Assembly: GCF_009914755.1 (NCBI RefSeq)
Contig: NC_060937.1
Reading direction: 5' to 3' (one strand)
DNA from: the human T2T-CHM13v2.0 reference genome, Homo sapiens
DNA length: 64,000 nucleotides
In this document: positions 16,960-36,624 of the stretch, one piece after another
How positions within the stretch are numbered: position 1 is the first letter of the stretch
Layout of the letters: the number at the start of each line of letters is the position of its first letter
Notes under the pieces: model-generated
The model's database searches: none
The model's input: only the letters and a program-made list of their open reading frames with translations
What the model was told of the DNA's origin: nothing
Position numbers and translations under genes: made by a program

Positions 16960-18890
16960 ATGGATTATGTTTTACATAAAATGGATAAATTAGTATATAA
17001 TCAGATAAATTTTGTCAGATGTTTGCAACTATAAAACCACATCATTCAATATACAGCGTGTTTTTATCACTCCAGAAAGTTATTTGTACCTCTTTGAATC
17101 CAGTCCCAGAGTACCTCTCACCTAAATAATTTATTTGATTTATGTCACTATATATTATTTTCCCTGTTGTGGAAATTCACATAAATGGAATTATAAGGTA
17201 TGTACTCTTTTGTGTCTAGCTTCTTTCATGTAACATGATGTTTTTGAGATTCAGTGATGTTTCATAAATCAGCATTTCATTACTTTTTGTTGAAGAATAT
17301 TTTATTTTATAAATATAATTTGTTTATACATTCACTTCTGGAAGGATATTTGGATTATTTTTATTTGAGTTTATTATAAATTTTTAAAAAGCAGTACAAG
17401 TGTGTATAAGTCTTTTGTGGAAGTATATTTTTATTTCCTTTGAAAAAAACTTCTGGAAAAAGTTTCTGGGTCCTATGGTAAATGTATGCTTAACTTTAAA
17501 TAAACCACAATAAAGTCATCAAAGTTGTACCATTTTACACTACTATTAACAAAATTTGAGTTTAGTTGCTTCACATTCTGGCCAATACTCTTAATTATAC
17601 TCACTCTAGTGGTTATGAAATAGTACTATGTCATTGTGGTTCCATTTTGCAATTTGCTAATCACTAATGAATTTCAACAGTTGCTCTTGACTTATTGGCT
17701 ATTCCTGTGTCTTTTTGCAGAGTTGTAAGAGATGGCTATATATTCTGGATATAAGTCCTTCAACAAATGAATATATTACAAATATTTTTCTGATGTCTGT
17801 GACTAGAATCCTTTTCGTTTTTTAGAGACGAGGTCTCACTCTGTTGCCCATGCGGGTGTTCTGGGGCACCTTCTTAGCTTACTACAGCTTTGAACTCCTG
17901 GACTCAAACAAACCTCCCACCTTGGCCTCCTGAACTGCTAGAATTACAGGCATGAGCAACCGCACCCAGCCTCATTTTCTTACTAGTTCTTTTGAAGAGC
18001 AAAATTTTTTAATTTTGATGAAGTTCAATTCATATTGTTTTCCCTATTCAATATTAGTAGAATTTTGTTTGTAAGATACCTTTGACAACTTCAAGGGTGC
18101 ATATATTTCCTGCTACTTTTTCTAGAAACTTTACATCTGAGGTATGTATCTAATTAATTTTGTGTACGATATAAGGTAGAAGTCACAGGTAATTATCCCC
18201 TCACACAAATATCTAGTCATTGCAAGTCTATTTGTTTGAATGACTGTTTTTTTCTCATTGAATTATGTTGATACTATTGTTGACTATCAGTTGACTATTA
18301 AGTCTAATTCTGGACCCTTTGTTTTGTACCAACTATCTATGTGTATACATTTATACTGTTACCACACAGTCTTGTGTACTATAGCTTTATAGTAAGTTTG
18401 AAGTCAGGTAGGGTAGATTGTCCAGATTTATCCTTCTTTTCAAAGTATTTTTGACTATTCTACTCTTTTGCCTTTTGGTATTTTTTTTAGAACCAACATG
18501 TCAATTCCTACCAGAAAAATAATAATTGGAATTTTGATTGGGATTTTGATGATCCAAAGATTAACTAGAGAATAGTGGACTCTTACTACTATGATGCCTC
18601 CTAGTCCATGGACATATTATATTTCTCTATTATTTAGGTCTTATTTAACTTCTCTCAACAATGTTTTGCACATTATTCGTTTGATTTATTCATAAGTTTT
18701 TAAATGCACTATGCTATTGGAAATAAAATAATTTAAAATGTAATTTTCCAAAGTTCTATTATTAGCATACATAAATGACCAATTTTTGTATATTGACTTT
18801 GTATCATTTAATTTTGCTAATCTAACTTTAATTCTAGTAGTTTTTGGTAGGATCTTGTGTATTTTCAATATAGACAGTAGTTCATATATC
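16960..18890 (-). mobile_element. Old L1M (MB/MC/ME-type) 3' portion
   Basis: 'cataaatggaattataaggtatgtactcttttgtgtctagcttctttca', 'ttgtaccattttacact' and 'gtactatagctttatagtaagtttgaagtcagg'. Confidence 0.8.
17812..17971 (-). mobile_element. Free Alu monomer (FRAM-like)
   Basis: agagacgaggtctcactctgttgccc...gaactcctggactcaa...attacaggcatgagc..cccagcc; ~160 bp. Confidence 0.8.
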
Positions 18891-18899
18891 TATCATGAT

Positions 18900-19095
18900 G
18901 GATAATAATATTCAATCCTAAAAACAACTCATCCTAGTAGACTCTATTTTCTTTATTTCATAAAAAGAGAAAATGAGTCAAGTGTTACGTGACTTGCCTG
19001 AAGCCTCCTCACTCACAGGTGCTAGAGCTGGGATTCACATTGGATACATCTGACCCCACAGCCAGAGCTTCTTGGGCTAGGCTGCGCTGCACTGC
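18900..19095 (-). mobile_element. MIR
   Basis: 'gagaaaatgagtc..gttacgtgacttgcc...agagctgggattcac..catctgacccca..gccagagct'. Confidence 0.7.
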
Positions 19096-19199
19096 CTCTG
19101 CGTGCTCCATCCCCTGGATGTCTCAGTATGACAACTGAGAGGAGAATGTTGCCTCACCTTGTTCAGTCTCAGCTGGGGGTGGTGTGGCAACTCAGATTC

Positions 19200-19325
19200 T
19201 TGGTTGCTCTGTGCATATCTGCCAATGACCACAAAGACACTGCTTGAATATTGATTCTGTGGTCACAAATAAATTTTAGTTGAACTTTCAAATGTAGAAT
19301 CTATGAATAATGGGAATGGACTGTA
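19200..19325. mobile_element. TcMar-Tigger DNA transposon end (MER82-like)
   Basis: 'aatgaccacaaag...tattgattctgtggtcacaaataaattttag...gaatctatgaataatgggaatggactg' followed by TA; family assignment from memory. Confidence 0.5.
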
Positions 19326-19369
19326 TTTAGCACCCTAAATCCAGATAGCACTTATAAATAAGTGAAGGT

Positions 19370-19640
19370 AGAGCTAAGAAGAAATACAAATATTGAGTCT
19401 TGAGGCATTTAACACATAGCCACACCCACCAACAGAGAGCACGGGAGAGGGACAGGGAACATAGCCTGCACAGTGATCTGGGAAGACCCAATACGTGATG
19501 AGGAAAACCGGAAGAGTGTCTTAGAAATTAAACAAGGAGTTTCAGGAAATGGCCAAAGAGAGGAAATTCGAGAAAAACAGATTTTTGTCACATGGAGGTT
19601 GCTGGTAATCTTGGCAACAGTAGGTTTAGTGGATTTGTTG
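19370..19640 (-). mobile_element. L2 LINE fragment (more at ~20100-20400)
   Basis: Minus-strand translation VAKITSNLHVTK resembles the L2 RT motif LVKVTNDLHVAK. Confidence 0.55.
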
Positions 19641-19656
19641 AGATACATTTAAATTA

Positions 19657-20090
19657 ATATTCCAGCTATCTATTGCTGCCTAACAAACCACTCCAAATTA
19701 GTGGCAGAAAACAACTTTTTTAATGCTTATGATCCTGGGAGTCAGAAATTTGGTTTGGACACAGCAGAGACCATTTGACACCTCTCTATGTGTCCCACCT
19801 AGTTGGCATGGCTCAAATGGTGAGCAATGGCTAGGGAGGTTGACTGGCTCTGTGTCTGGGTTCAATCTTGTGGCATCTGCTGGAGTTGGGTTTTCCAACA
19901 TGTCTCCTGCACTACACTGGCTGGCACTGCTCCTGCTCTCTATACACCCAGATTGGGCTTCCTCGCAGCATGGCAGGCTCAGGACAGTTGGACTTTTTGC
20001 ATCCCAGCTGCATTTCCCTGATCTAGCATTCAAGAAGACAAAGAAGGAAACTAAACGACTTCTTATGACTCAGCCTCAGAAGACATATAT
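19657..20090 (-). mobile_element. MLT1 (F/G/H-type) MaLR LTR
   Basis: 'tattccagctatctattgctgcctaacaaaccactccaaattagtggc...gtcagaaatttg...gggcttcctcgcagcatggcaggctcaggacagttggactt'. Confidence 0.7.
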
Positions 20091-21544
20091 ATAGCCTGGA
20101 AATTAGGGATACGATTCAACTGGAAAAACAAAAACATTGTGGGCAAGAGTAGATGAGATTTATTCCACAAATGGAGAGGTTATAATTAGCTTTCAGCTTA
20201 GTAGGTCTATTTATGATCACAGCAGGAAAGGTAGAACACATGGGCATAGTGGCGTGAATGTGGGGATTTAGTAATGAGAGAATAGAAGTTTCTCTTCTAT
20301 TTGACTCAATTTTCTCTGTTAAATGAGAAGAAAAGCCAACAGTTGAAAACAGGGCGTCAGTGGGCTTGAGTTAGAAGATGGTAAATGTTGTTTGAGGGTT
20401 ATAATATGTGAACCACCTAACAACATGAAATAGCAGGACTCTGATAAAGGATGTTATGTAATTCACTGTGCACTATGTTCTGTCCCCTGCTTCTCTGGGG
20501 TCCTTCTACTTACTGACATGAAGCCAGTAGGCAATGTGAGTTTTCTCTACCTACCAGCCTACCGAGAGCATCCTCTTGAAAAGTCTGCACCTTATCCCAC
20601 AGCTACATCCAACTCTGTCCCGGATAGCTGCCCCTTCTAGCTCCTTCCTCATTAGAGGGTCCTAGATGATGGTCCTCCTATTACATCACTTTTCTGGATT
20701 AAACATCATTCTATTTATCATATTTCTTTGCTCATTACATTTTTTTTGCTAGATCTCATACTAGAACAACAGCAACATTATCTGAAGTACCAGCCCATCC
20801 CAACTCATTTACTAGTAGACGCATATTTTAACTATAGCTATAAAGACCCATGAAAGAACCACTCCATCACACAAACTGTGTAAAAAAAGGCACAGTTTGG
20901 GCTTTCTGAAATGGACAAAGATTATTTCTTTTGTCTTTTTTCTTTTCTTTTTACCTTTTAGTAGGTGAAAAAAAAATGAGTTCCTGCAAATTCGTGAAAT
21001 ATGCTGGATCACATAGGAGGTGGTAATTTCTGAAGGGCTGACTCAAACCTAGTTCCTCTGTCCCCAGAAAAAAAATTATCTTTCCACTGTGATCACGTTT
21101 AAGCCCATTCTTGAAATAAAGTACAGTTTATAACTTCAGATGTTTTCAAAACTGAATTTGCAAAGAGGAGAAAATGGGCAATCCTTGTCCCCAGCCTTTA
21201 GGCACCATCACCTACTTCTCTGCATTGTGGAAGAAGGCAACGACACTAACATTTAAACTACTGCATGAGAGGATGACGGCTGTAAGTTTATTTCATATTA
21301 GCATTCATTTTATAGATTTTCCTCTCTGACTAGAAATATCGCTTGAACTCCACTCACCATGGCAACAAAACAGCTGAAGATTCTTACAGCTTGCCTAGTG
21401 AAGAAAAATACTTGAAAATATCCTTTGATGCTAAAATTGGTTTTGTTTTCACAGTAACACATGAAGCAACTGAGGGACAAGGGATATCACCGTGTATTTC
21501 AAAAGATGGATTCACCCAGAAGGAGCATTGAGGGTATATCAGAA

Positions 21545-21710
21545 AGAGAGGAAAAGAGTGAAGGAACAAAAGGAAGGGAGGAAGTACAAAAAGAAAGAAG
21601 GAAGGAAGGAAGGAGGGAGGGAAGGGAAGGGGAGGGAAGGGAGGAGGGAGGGAGGGAGGAAGGAAGGAAGGTAAGAAAGAAAGGAGGGAGGGAGGAAGGA
21701 AGGAAGGAAA
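21545..21710. repeat. Polypurine (GGAA/GGGA)n low-complexity tract
   Basis: Directly visible, nearly pure A/G on the + strand. Confidence 0.95.
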
Positions 21711-22473
21711 GTGAGGCAGACCACAGCATGTTTATATCCTTGAAGGCACATTTATCCACACACGTGCTCCCCAAAATCATTCCTCATCCATACCATTGCA
21801 CACACTTTGTTGTTGGATATCTTCACTTTGTTGTTTATCTGGCTGTTTCCTACAATTGGATTGTTATTTCCTTGAGAGCAAAGACCATGCTTTACACATC
21901 TTTGAACTCCTATTGTTCTTTTTAAGTGTGTGCTGGGTAAACAACTAAATTAAGATTTTTATCAAATAATCAAAAAACATAGAAACTGAAAAACAGTTAA
22001 CTTCAAACAACATTAAAATTTTTGGCATGAAAGGAATGGTCAGAGTAGAATTTTTCTTGAATTTATTATTTCTGGCAAAATGTATTAACCAGTCTATTTT
22101 CCTTTTTCTCCCAGGATTGGTTGCAGAGTCCTTCTGTCAAAGGGTATTTGTGGAGGAAGTTAATAAATACCTGATTAACTGAATTAAACTAAGCATATTT
22201 AGATAGGTAAATGCATTGCCAAATAGATAAAAAATTACAAAGTCATATTAAATGACTGTTCGTTTTCATCATGAGAAGTCCTTGTTAGTATATAACTGAG
22301 ATCTGATTACATATCTTAAATAATGGATAAGTGGCAGATTGCCATGCTTTCTTTGAAAGAGAAAGTTTTTCCCAGGAACTTCATTCTCAGAGTCTAATGA
22401 CCATGTTGATATTACTCTGTTCTTGGCTGCTAGTCATCAATAAATAATAGTCTCCATTTTGGGGGAGGTATGT

Positions 22474-22875
22474 CAGTGATGTATTATCAAGTGCTTAATA
22501 ATCAATTTTCCAAGACAAAGAAAAAAACAAAGCCCATGCTTTTAGTATGTGCCAGTTGCCATGGTGTAAATACTCCTACCGTGACCAAATTCAGGATATA
22601 AACACAATGCCATTGAATGCAGAGTTGGGAAGAAATGTGCAGTAGTGCAATATGGTGTCACAGGTCCATCATACAGATGCAGCAGATGTAAATACTCTCA
22701 AAAGCACAGATAGTAGCAAAATAATTAGGAAGTCATGAGTCTTGAGTATTTTTTGTTTTAATATAATTCATTTAATTGTAAGTTTATATAATGTAGTTTT
22801 TAATAAAGGTTGCATTTAAAAACTTTAACAGTCATCTCTCCCCTGTGGAGAGGAGACAGCTCCAGCACACCACAG
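22474..22875. mobile_element. MER63-like hAT DNA transposon relic
   Basis: cagtgatgt... left end and ...gctccagcacaccacag right end; internal 'ccatggtgtaaatactcctaccgtg...gcagagttgggaaga'. Confidence 0.65.
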
Positions 22876-24149
22876 GATACTGTCTCTGTAGTTCTGCCTT
22901 AGATTACAGTGAGCCGGAGGTATGATGTGATGTTATTTAACATGGCACCTCCTGGCCTGAGTAAGGAGGTATGCAGTCTTTGCCTTATTGTACAATGTTA
23001 GCACAGACACACAGCAACAGGTGTGCTGTGCACTGTAACTGTAAAACAAGGGTGAGTGGGGAAACGGAGGCAGAGAACTAGCAGAGCACGATGTTCCCAT
23101 GTTTTTTGTGTTTGTTTGTTTTTTGCCATTCTGCAGGGAGGCAGCTTGTGTTGGCAGGAGCTTACAACACCAAAGAAGTACACCACTAGAGAGACCCAAC
23201 CCTTCACATTACTCTGCATATTACAGAGAAAGGAGGGCAGAGACCATGCAGTCTACTGGGTAACAATGGGTGCTTCCTGCTATAGATATAACTTTATTTA
23301 AAAATAAGAGTTTCTGGAGATGTTCTTCCATTGAATCAACTGGAACATGCTGAGCTAGATTCTCACCAGAAAAGGAGGAGGAAATGAGGATTTAGAGCAT
23401 TCAGGATGTGCTTTTCTTCACCCCACACCAACTTAGAAGGTTTTCAAAATAAAGTAAATGTGGTTCCACAATGTAATTGTTTTTTTCTCTCGCTAGATTT
23501 TAGTTTTCCCAAGTCATCCAATTTTTCTGTATGGTGAAGCCAGAGCCCAAAAATTCTTGGATATCCTTATAAGGTAAATAGTAGGGTGCAGGTCTTCTTG
23601 TGAATTCTGAATGGTCTAAGGAAAGGGTGACTTCACAGTCAAAGCTGTGCCACTGATGGCCTGACCAGAAGATGAAAAGAGGGACTAGAGGTAACTGAGA
23701 GAGGGTTAGGGAAACCAGCATGATCCCAGGTGTGTAATATCAGCTTTGGAAGATGATCAGGCTTTCATCAAGCTAAAAGGAAATGGGCTACCTGCCTTAC
23801 CAGCCAGAATCTTTAGCAGAATTTCCAGCAGAATGACCAGAAAGCAACTTTAACCAAGTACTCTACAGAGATCAGTTGGAAAGCACAGAACAGGGTGATG
23901 AGTGGAAGACCCCTACTCTTGTACTGCCAAGTGATAGAGCAAGCCCCTCACAGACACAAGGCACCATCTTGGATAGAGAAATGAGGATGAGGGTAATATT
24001 ACGGTGAACAATTTCCCCTAACAGCATTGAACAATTCCTCAAAGGACTGTTTAAATTATCCCTGAGACTGAATTGAATACATTGGGTTTAAATTGTATTT
24101 TTCCAATTCCCAGTGGGAAGGGAAGCTATAAAGTAAAAGGATCACTTAT

Positions 24150-24210
24150 AAAAAGAAAAAGATAAAGAAAGAAAGAAAGAAGAAAGAAAGAAAAAAGAAA
24201 GAGAAAGAAG
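24150..24210. repeat. (AAAG)n microsatellite
   Basis: Directly visible. Confidence 0.9.
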
Positions 24211-25058
24211 CGAAATCTCCTTTGCACATTTGAGTATGGTATTGATAAATCCATGACTTTCTATAAAATATTCTTAGCAATCCATGGCAAATTTTCATAT
24301 GTGGGTAGTACCAATATTATTCCACCCATTGTGGTGTGCAAGACACTACATTTTCCCTATCATTATTTCAACTTATTTAAGCATTCTTCAAATAGTGGTG
24401 GAAACCAATTAATATATGAAAATCTTCCTCTCCCCAGTTATCTTCCCATTGAACAATTGAAGAATATGAAATTCACACACACACACAAACACACCCAAAA
24501 AAAACAGTAAATTATTGCTCAAGGACAAAAATGGTCACTGGGTAATGAAACTAGTACATAGCTCAAGTTTCCCAATGCCTACTGTAATGTCATTTCCATT
24601 TAAGCGTGTTACTCTCATTTACTAAAAACAGCTACTGGGCTGCTACCCATTTGTTCAAAGCCTAGGAACCCAGTTCTTTTAGAGAATTTTCAGCCAAAAT
24701 TCACAGGAGGCTCTCTGCCTCTCCAGCTCTTCATTGATTTAATTGGTGCTTTTTATAATACTTTAAATGCAAGATTTAGAAGGACCAGAATCAGATGTTA
24801 GAGGGGAAAAAAAAGCTTGTTCATCAAAGTTCCTTTCATTTCTACAAAGGAAAATATTAATAACTTAGATATTTCACCTGAGCTGATTTGGTAGCTTCCT
24901 GCTGGTGAAAGCATCTGGAACTAAAACATCTTTCAGGTGACTACTGGCTGAAAACTTTCCCAATTCTTCTAAAGTAATCGTCAAAAGTAATTCTTCTAAA
25001 GTAATGTATGTTTAGAATTCCTGTATCTTCTTTGATTAGTTTTGGTGGATTGCTAGAT

Positions 25059-26438
<1,380 letters not shown>

Positions 26439-26773
26439 TTACAAAATTATTTGCTTAGCGTTGAATCAGAAGTCTCATGAATCAAAACCCGTCTGTATCT
26501 GTGGTTAGATTGTCCTGATCATGTCTTGCTTTGAGTAGTTGTGTTTTGCTTCCCACCACTCGTTTTCTTTGAAAAAGTTAGCTAACAATTTCTGTACTTT
26601 ATTGTATCTTTTTACTTCAAAAATCAAGCTCTTAGATATATTTCTTTTGACAATTTTATTAATGTCTGCCTTATCTTTACTAAAATTTACCTTTTACTCT
26701 CAAATTTTTGTCTTTTAGGGTTTTTTTTGTTATTTTTCTAACTCCTTTAGTTGGATTTTTGGGTAATTATGTG

Positions 26774-26876
26774 TTCTCAATTGATAATGCAATTATTTAT
26801 TGCTGTATTTATTTCTCAATTCTTCTCAATTGATAATGCAATTATTTATTGCTGTATTTATTGCTGTATTTATTTC
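26774..26876. repeat. Complex local tandem duplication (40 bp x2, period 49, plus 12-bp slippage)
   Basis: ttctcaattgataatgcaattatttattgctgtatttatt at 26774 and 26823. Confidence 0.95.
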
Positions 26877-29800
26877 TGGAGTGTGGCTCTATCTAATGTA
26901 ATGTAATATTTTATTATAATTACTTTGGAGATATTGAGCAACAATCCTTTCTGCCACTAACTCTCCCTCCTCAGCCTTAGCCAAAAGTCATTTAAAGAGA
27001 ATGTTCAAAGTTTAAATAGTGGATATTTTAGTTTCTAGTTTTTCTTCATTTATTGTTATCATATTTTGATAAGAAAATGTCTTTGTCATAATGTATTTTC
27101 TTCCTGTATAAATGGTTTGGAGTTTTCTTTGTTAATTCTTGTAGCTATTTTAGGATGAATGGTCATTTCATTGACAAGAGTCAACAGTGGGTAAAAACTG
27201 TTGAAAATAACAGAGATTCTACAAGGATAATTCAAACATCATTTAATTATCTAAAAGATACAAATATAGCAACTCAATACTGGCAGGTAGCAAAATGATC
27301 AGTAATATTTTTACAAACATAGTGGACATTTGGCGCTAAAATTCCTCACTACAGAAAGCAAAGCTACAGATGACAACATATAAATGAACAAAGTTTGCAC
27401 TAGAACTCCTTAAAGTATAAAAATTTCTCTGATTCCAGTTTGGTACAGATGACGCTTTAGAAATCCTGCTAGTAGTCACATCTGAATCCATGCCAGAGAA
27501 TAGCTCATCTGGGCCAGGTGTGGTTCATCAATCTCTGAGATAATCCTGTGCAATTTATCACTGCAGGAAAATAGCACCCTCAGACATGAAGAAGTCCTCA
27601 TCTGTCACTCATAGACTTGGGTTATACAATTTGGCCTGAGACAATTCCTGATTTTATTGTCTGAGAACCAGGACAGGGGGCAATTTTCCAAACAGCGTTT
27701 AAGAGTCATGGTTAAAATGTCTTAGACCAGTTGCAGTACTCCTTGGACAGGTGGTTGGGCATATGGTTACTTAACAAAAAGGCACATCCTCTGTTTTCAG
27801 GGTACAGAATTCACTGTACTGAGTAGATATTTTTATTCATCAGATTACCTAGGTCTTATTCATCATTATTTTGTTCACATGCTGTGCTGCAGGAAAGATA
27901 TGAATCAAATTGCCTACTACATCACTTCAATTTCTCTTTATATTGTCTGTGGTTTTGTTTTATAAATGTTTATGATATTTTATTACATGCATGGATATTC
28001 ACAACTATTAGATTTTAGTTGCAGATTGCATACTTAATCAATATGAATTGCCCTTCTTTGTGTCCTGTAGTGTTTAGTAACTCTAAATTTAATGCTGACT
28101 GGTATCGTGACTCTTGATCTCAATTTGTGCCTGGCATGCTATGTCCATCTGACTATTATGAGTCACTTCGCTTTCCTGACTTACATACAATAATATGCAG
28201 TTGCATTTTATTCTGTAATTCCAACTGGGAGTGTTGGTATAATAAATGCAGTGGTTCTTGATATAATAAATGTGGTGGCTCTTGGTTTTAAATTCATATT
28301 TTGTTATTATATTACTGTTTTATTATTGTTTAAAATTATTTTTTAACTTAATGCCTGTGTTGTTTGCATGTGTTAGTGTGTGTGTGTTTCTTCTGATTGT
28401 TTGGAAGATTTGAAATTTTGTTCTGGCCAAATTTACAACTAAAATTTTATGTTACACATGTCCTCTGATTTTACTTTTCTCTAACAAATCAATTAATTAT
28501 GTAAAGTTAAAAACAAATGCAAGAAATATCTTGTAAAATAAATGCAGAATTAATAAATGATGATACTGAATAGTAGTTATGTAGTGATATTAAGTTATTT
28601 TAGTTATAAAGACTTCTTCCTACAAGATAATTCTTTCTACATTACAAATTTTGCTGGTATTCCACATAAATGTGTGGTCATGTGTATGTTTCTTTAGTCA
28701 ATTCTCAGGAGACTGAGGGAACTGGAAGTCATGAGTGGGGCTTCATTGAATTTTGATGCCAAGAAACATGGTAGGTCTGAATGAAAATAAGTCACAGTAT
28801 GGTTGGCATAATTTGACTTTGCTTCTTTTGCTGACTGAAGCCTTCTCCTACAACCATTTCCCCTCCATTCCTAGCTCACCACTCTCATCTCCCTCACATT
28901 CTCTAAGACAACTCTAGAGTTTGTGTAGCTTGTTTTCCCTTTCATTCTTGCCTCTCCCCACGCCCTGACTTTCTGCTAATTTATTAAGTCATGCTATTCA
29001 TCACACCCCAACTCAATTTTATAAAGAGAATGTAGTGAAAACTGTAGTAACTGAAGAGGAAGTAGAGCATTATAAATACTCAGAAAATGCTCTGGATCAA
29101 AATCTGATTCGTAAGCAAACAATTATTACTGCTGAGACATTTAATCTTATGAAGCACCAGAAGAGTTTCACAAGCTTTTAAAATTTTGTGCATATAAATG
29201 CAAGGAGAAAGAGCTGAGTGCAAGCACAAATGATGCATATTTTTAAAATATCTAAGCAAAGAACAAAAGATGACTACCAAGCTCTTAAAGTTATTACTTT
29301 AGAATACTTAGTATAATGTTGCTTAATTAGAAGAAATAGAATGTATTTATCTGAGAAATAATTTTTCAGAATACTAAATTGTTATTCATTTATTCATTCT
29401 TTAAGTATAAATTGAATGCCAACAATATTCTAAGGGACATGTCATCAATATAAATATGACATAGCCTTTTGAACACATAGAATTTATAATAACAAAAGGA
29501 ATCCATATGCTTACAGAAAATGTAGAAAAATGACATAGAAGAGGAAAACAAAAAAATACAGCATAGTGGATAGATAGATGGTTAGATAGGTAGACAGAAT
29601 TAATGTTGTATTCATTGTACTATATAGCTCTCCATTTTTTACTCAGGTGAAAAATAAACCTATATTAAGCATTTACATCACATTTATATATTGTATAGGC
29701 TTTTCCCCCTTACTATGAAATACAATAATTTTCCATGTCATTAAATGGCTAATTTAGTGCTTAATACTAATCTATTAAATAGAAACATCTAATTTCCTCA

Positions 29801-30129
29801 AATGACCCACTATCTTTGGACCTATACACTGAATCCTACTCCACTGCTTTATGAACAATTGGTTCACAAACTTTTTCAGCTCTCCTTCCTGTAAGATGTT
29901 TTAGCATAAATTTAGCATATAAATATGTATATATAAATTATACAAAAATTTGTGCACTAGTGTTTAATTAATGAAAGTAATTTTAATTATTTTCCTCAAA
30001 ATTGTATAAAGAACTGGATGAGAAATTAAAAAAAATCTTACAGTGAAAAATTTTTACTGAAAATCTTCTGTGTCCCCTTTGCAGACTAATTGCACATTTC
30101 ACTAGTGTGGGCATGAAGCAGCTTTCACT

Positions 30130-30730
30130 CCAGAGAAAGTTGTGCTCTTCTACAAGGTGTGACTATTCTGGGGTTCTGCTAAAAGCCTCAGTGAATGAGA
30201 ATTAAGGATTCTCCAGTGGGTCTGGTGGTGATTTGGACATCCTTTTACCTTGTGTGAGCTCTGAGCAGTGTTCCACTTAACCATCCCTTGCCCAGCCTTT
30301 TAAAAATCTACCTACTCTATGTAGGATGGGATAGTATTCAGCAATGCCTCAAGGGTATTTCTGTACTCATCTGTAGTGCTCTTTCACCATGAGACTCCTT
30401 TCCCAGAACTCTGTCCCACAACGTCCAGCCCTCTCAACCCCTTTAATTTCCTCCCCCATCTTGTCAATCCAGTGAGAATGCTGGGCTCAGTCTGTGTTCT
30501 CCCTCCTTATGCTCATGATCCAAAAACTCTCTCAGGCAAACATCTGAATTATGATCACAGGACTCACTTCATTTGTGTGTTTCCCCACAGTCCCCACAAT
30601 CACAGTCCCAGGCTGTCTGTCATCTTTTACCTGAAACAGTTGTTTCATGTATTTTCTCTATTCTTTTAATTTTTAATGACAGTGGGTTAAGTTCAGTCCT
30701 ATCACTCCATCATGACTGGGAGCAAAATTC
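30130..30730 (-). mobile_element. Old L1M 5'-end fragment
   Basis: 'ctgaaacagttgtttcatgtatttt...tcactccatcatgactgggagcaaaattc', typical of L1MC/D/E 5' ends. Confidence 0.6.
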
Positions 30731-30789
30731 TGTGCATTTAAATTTAAGTAAGAATATAAAATTTGAAGGATGCAACAAAATACCCTCCC

Positions 30790-36620
<5,831 letters not shown>

Positions 36621-36624
36621 AAGC

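Noticed and set aside
21461-21925. Overlapping ORFs rich in E/G/R/K or S/L/P/F
   Set aside because: They are artefacts of the stop-free GGAA tract.
28238-28285. 24-bp diverged tandem duplication
   Set aside because: Real but ordinary old slippage with three mismatches and no further structure.
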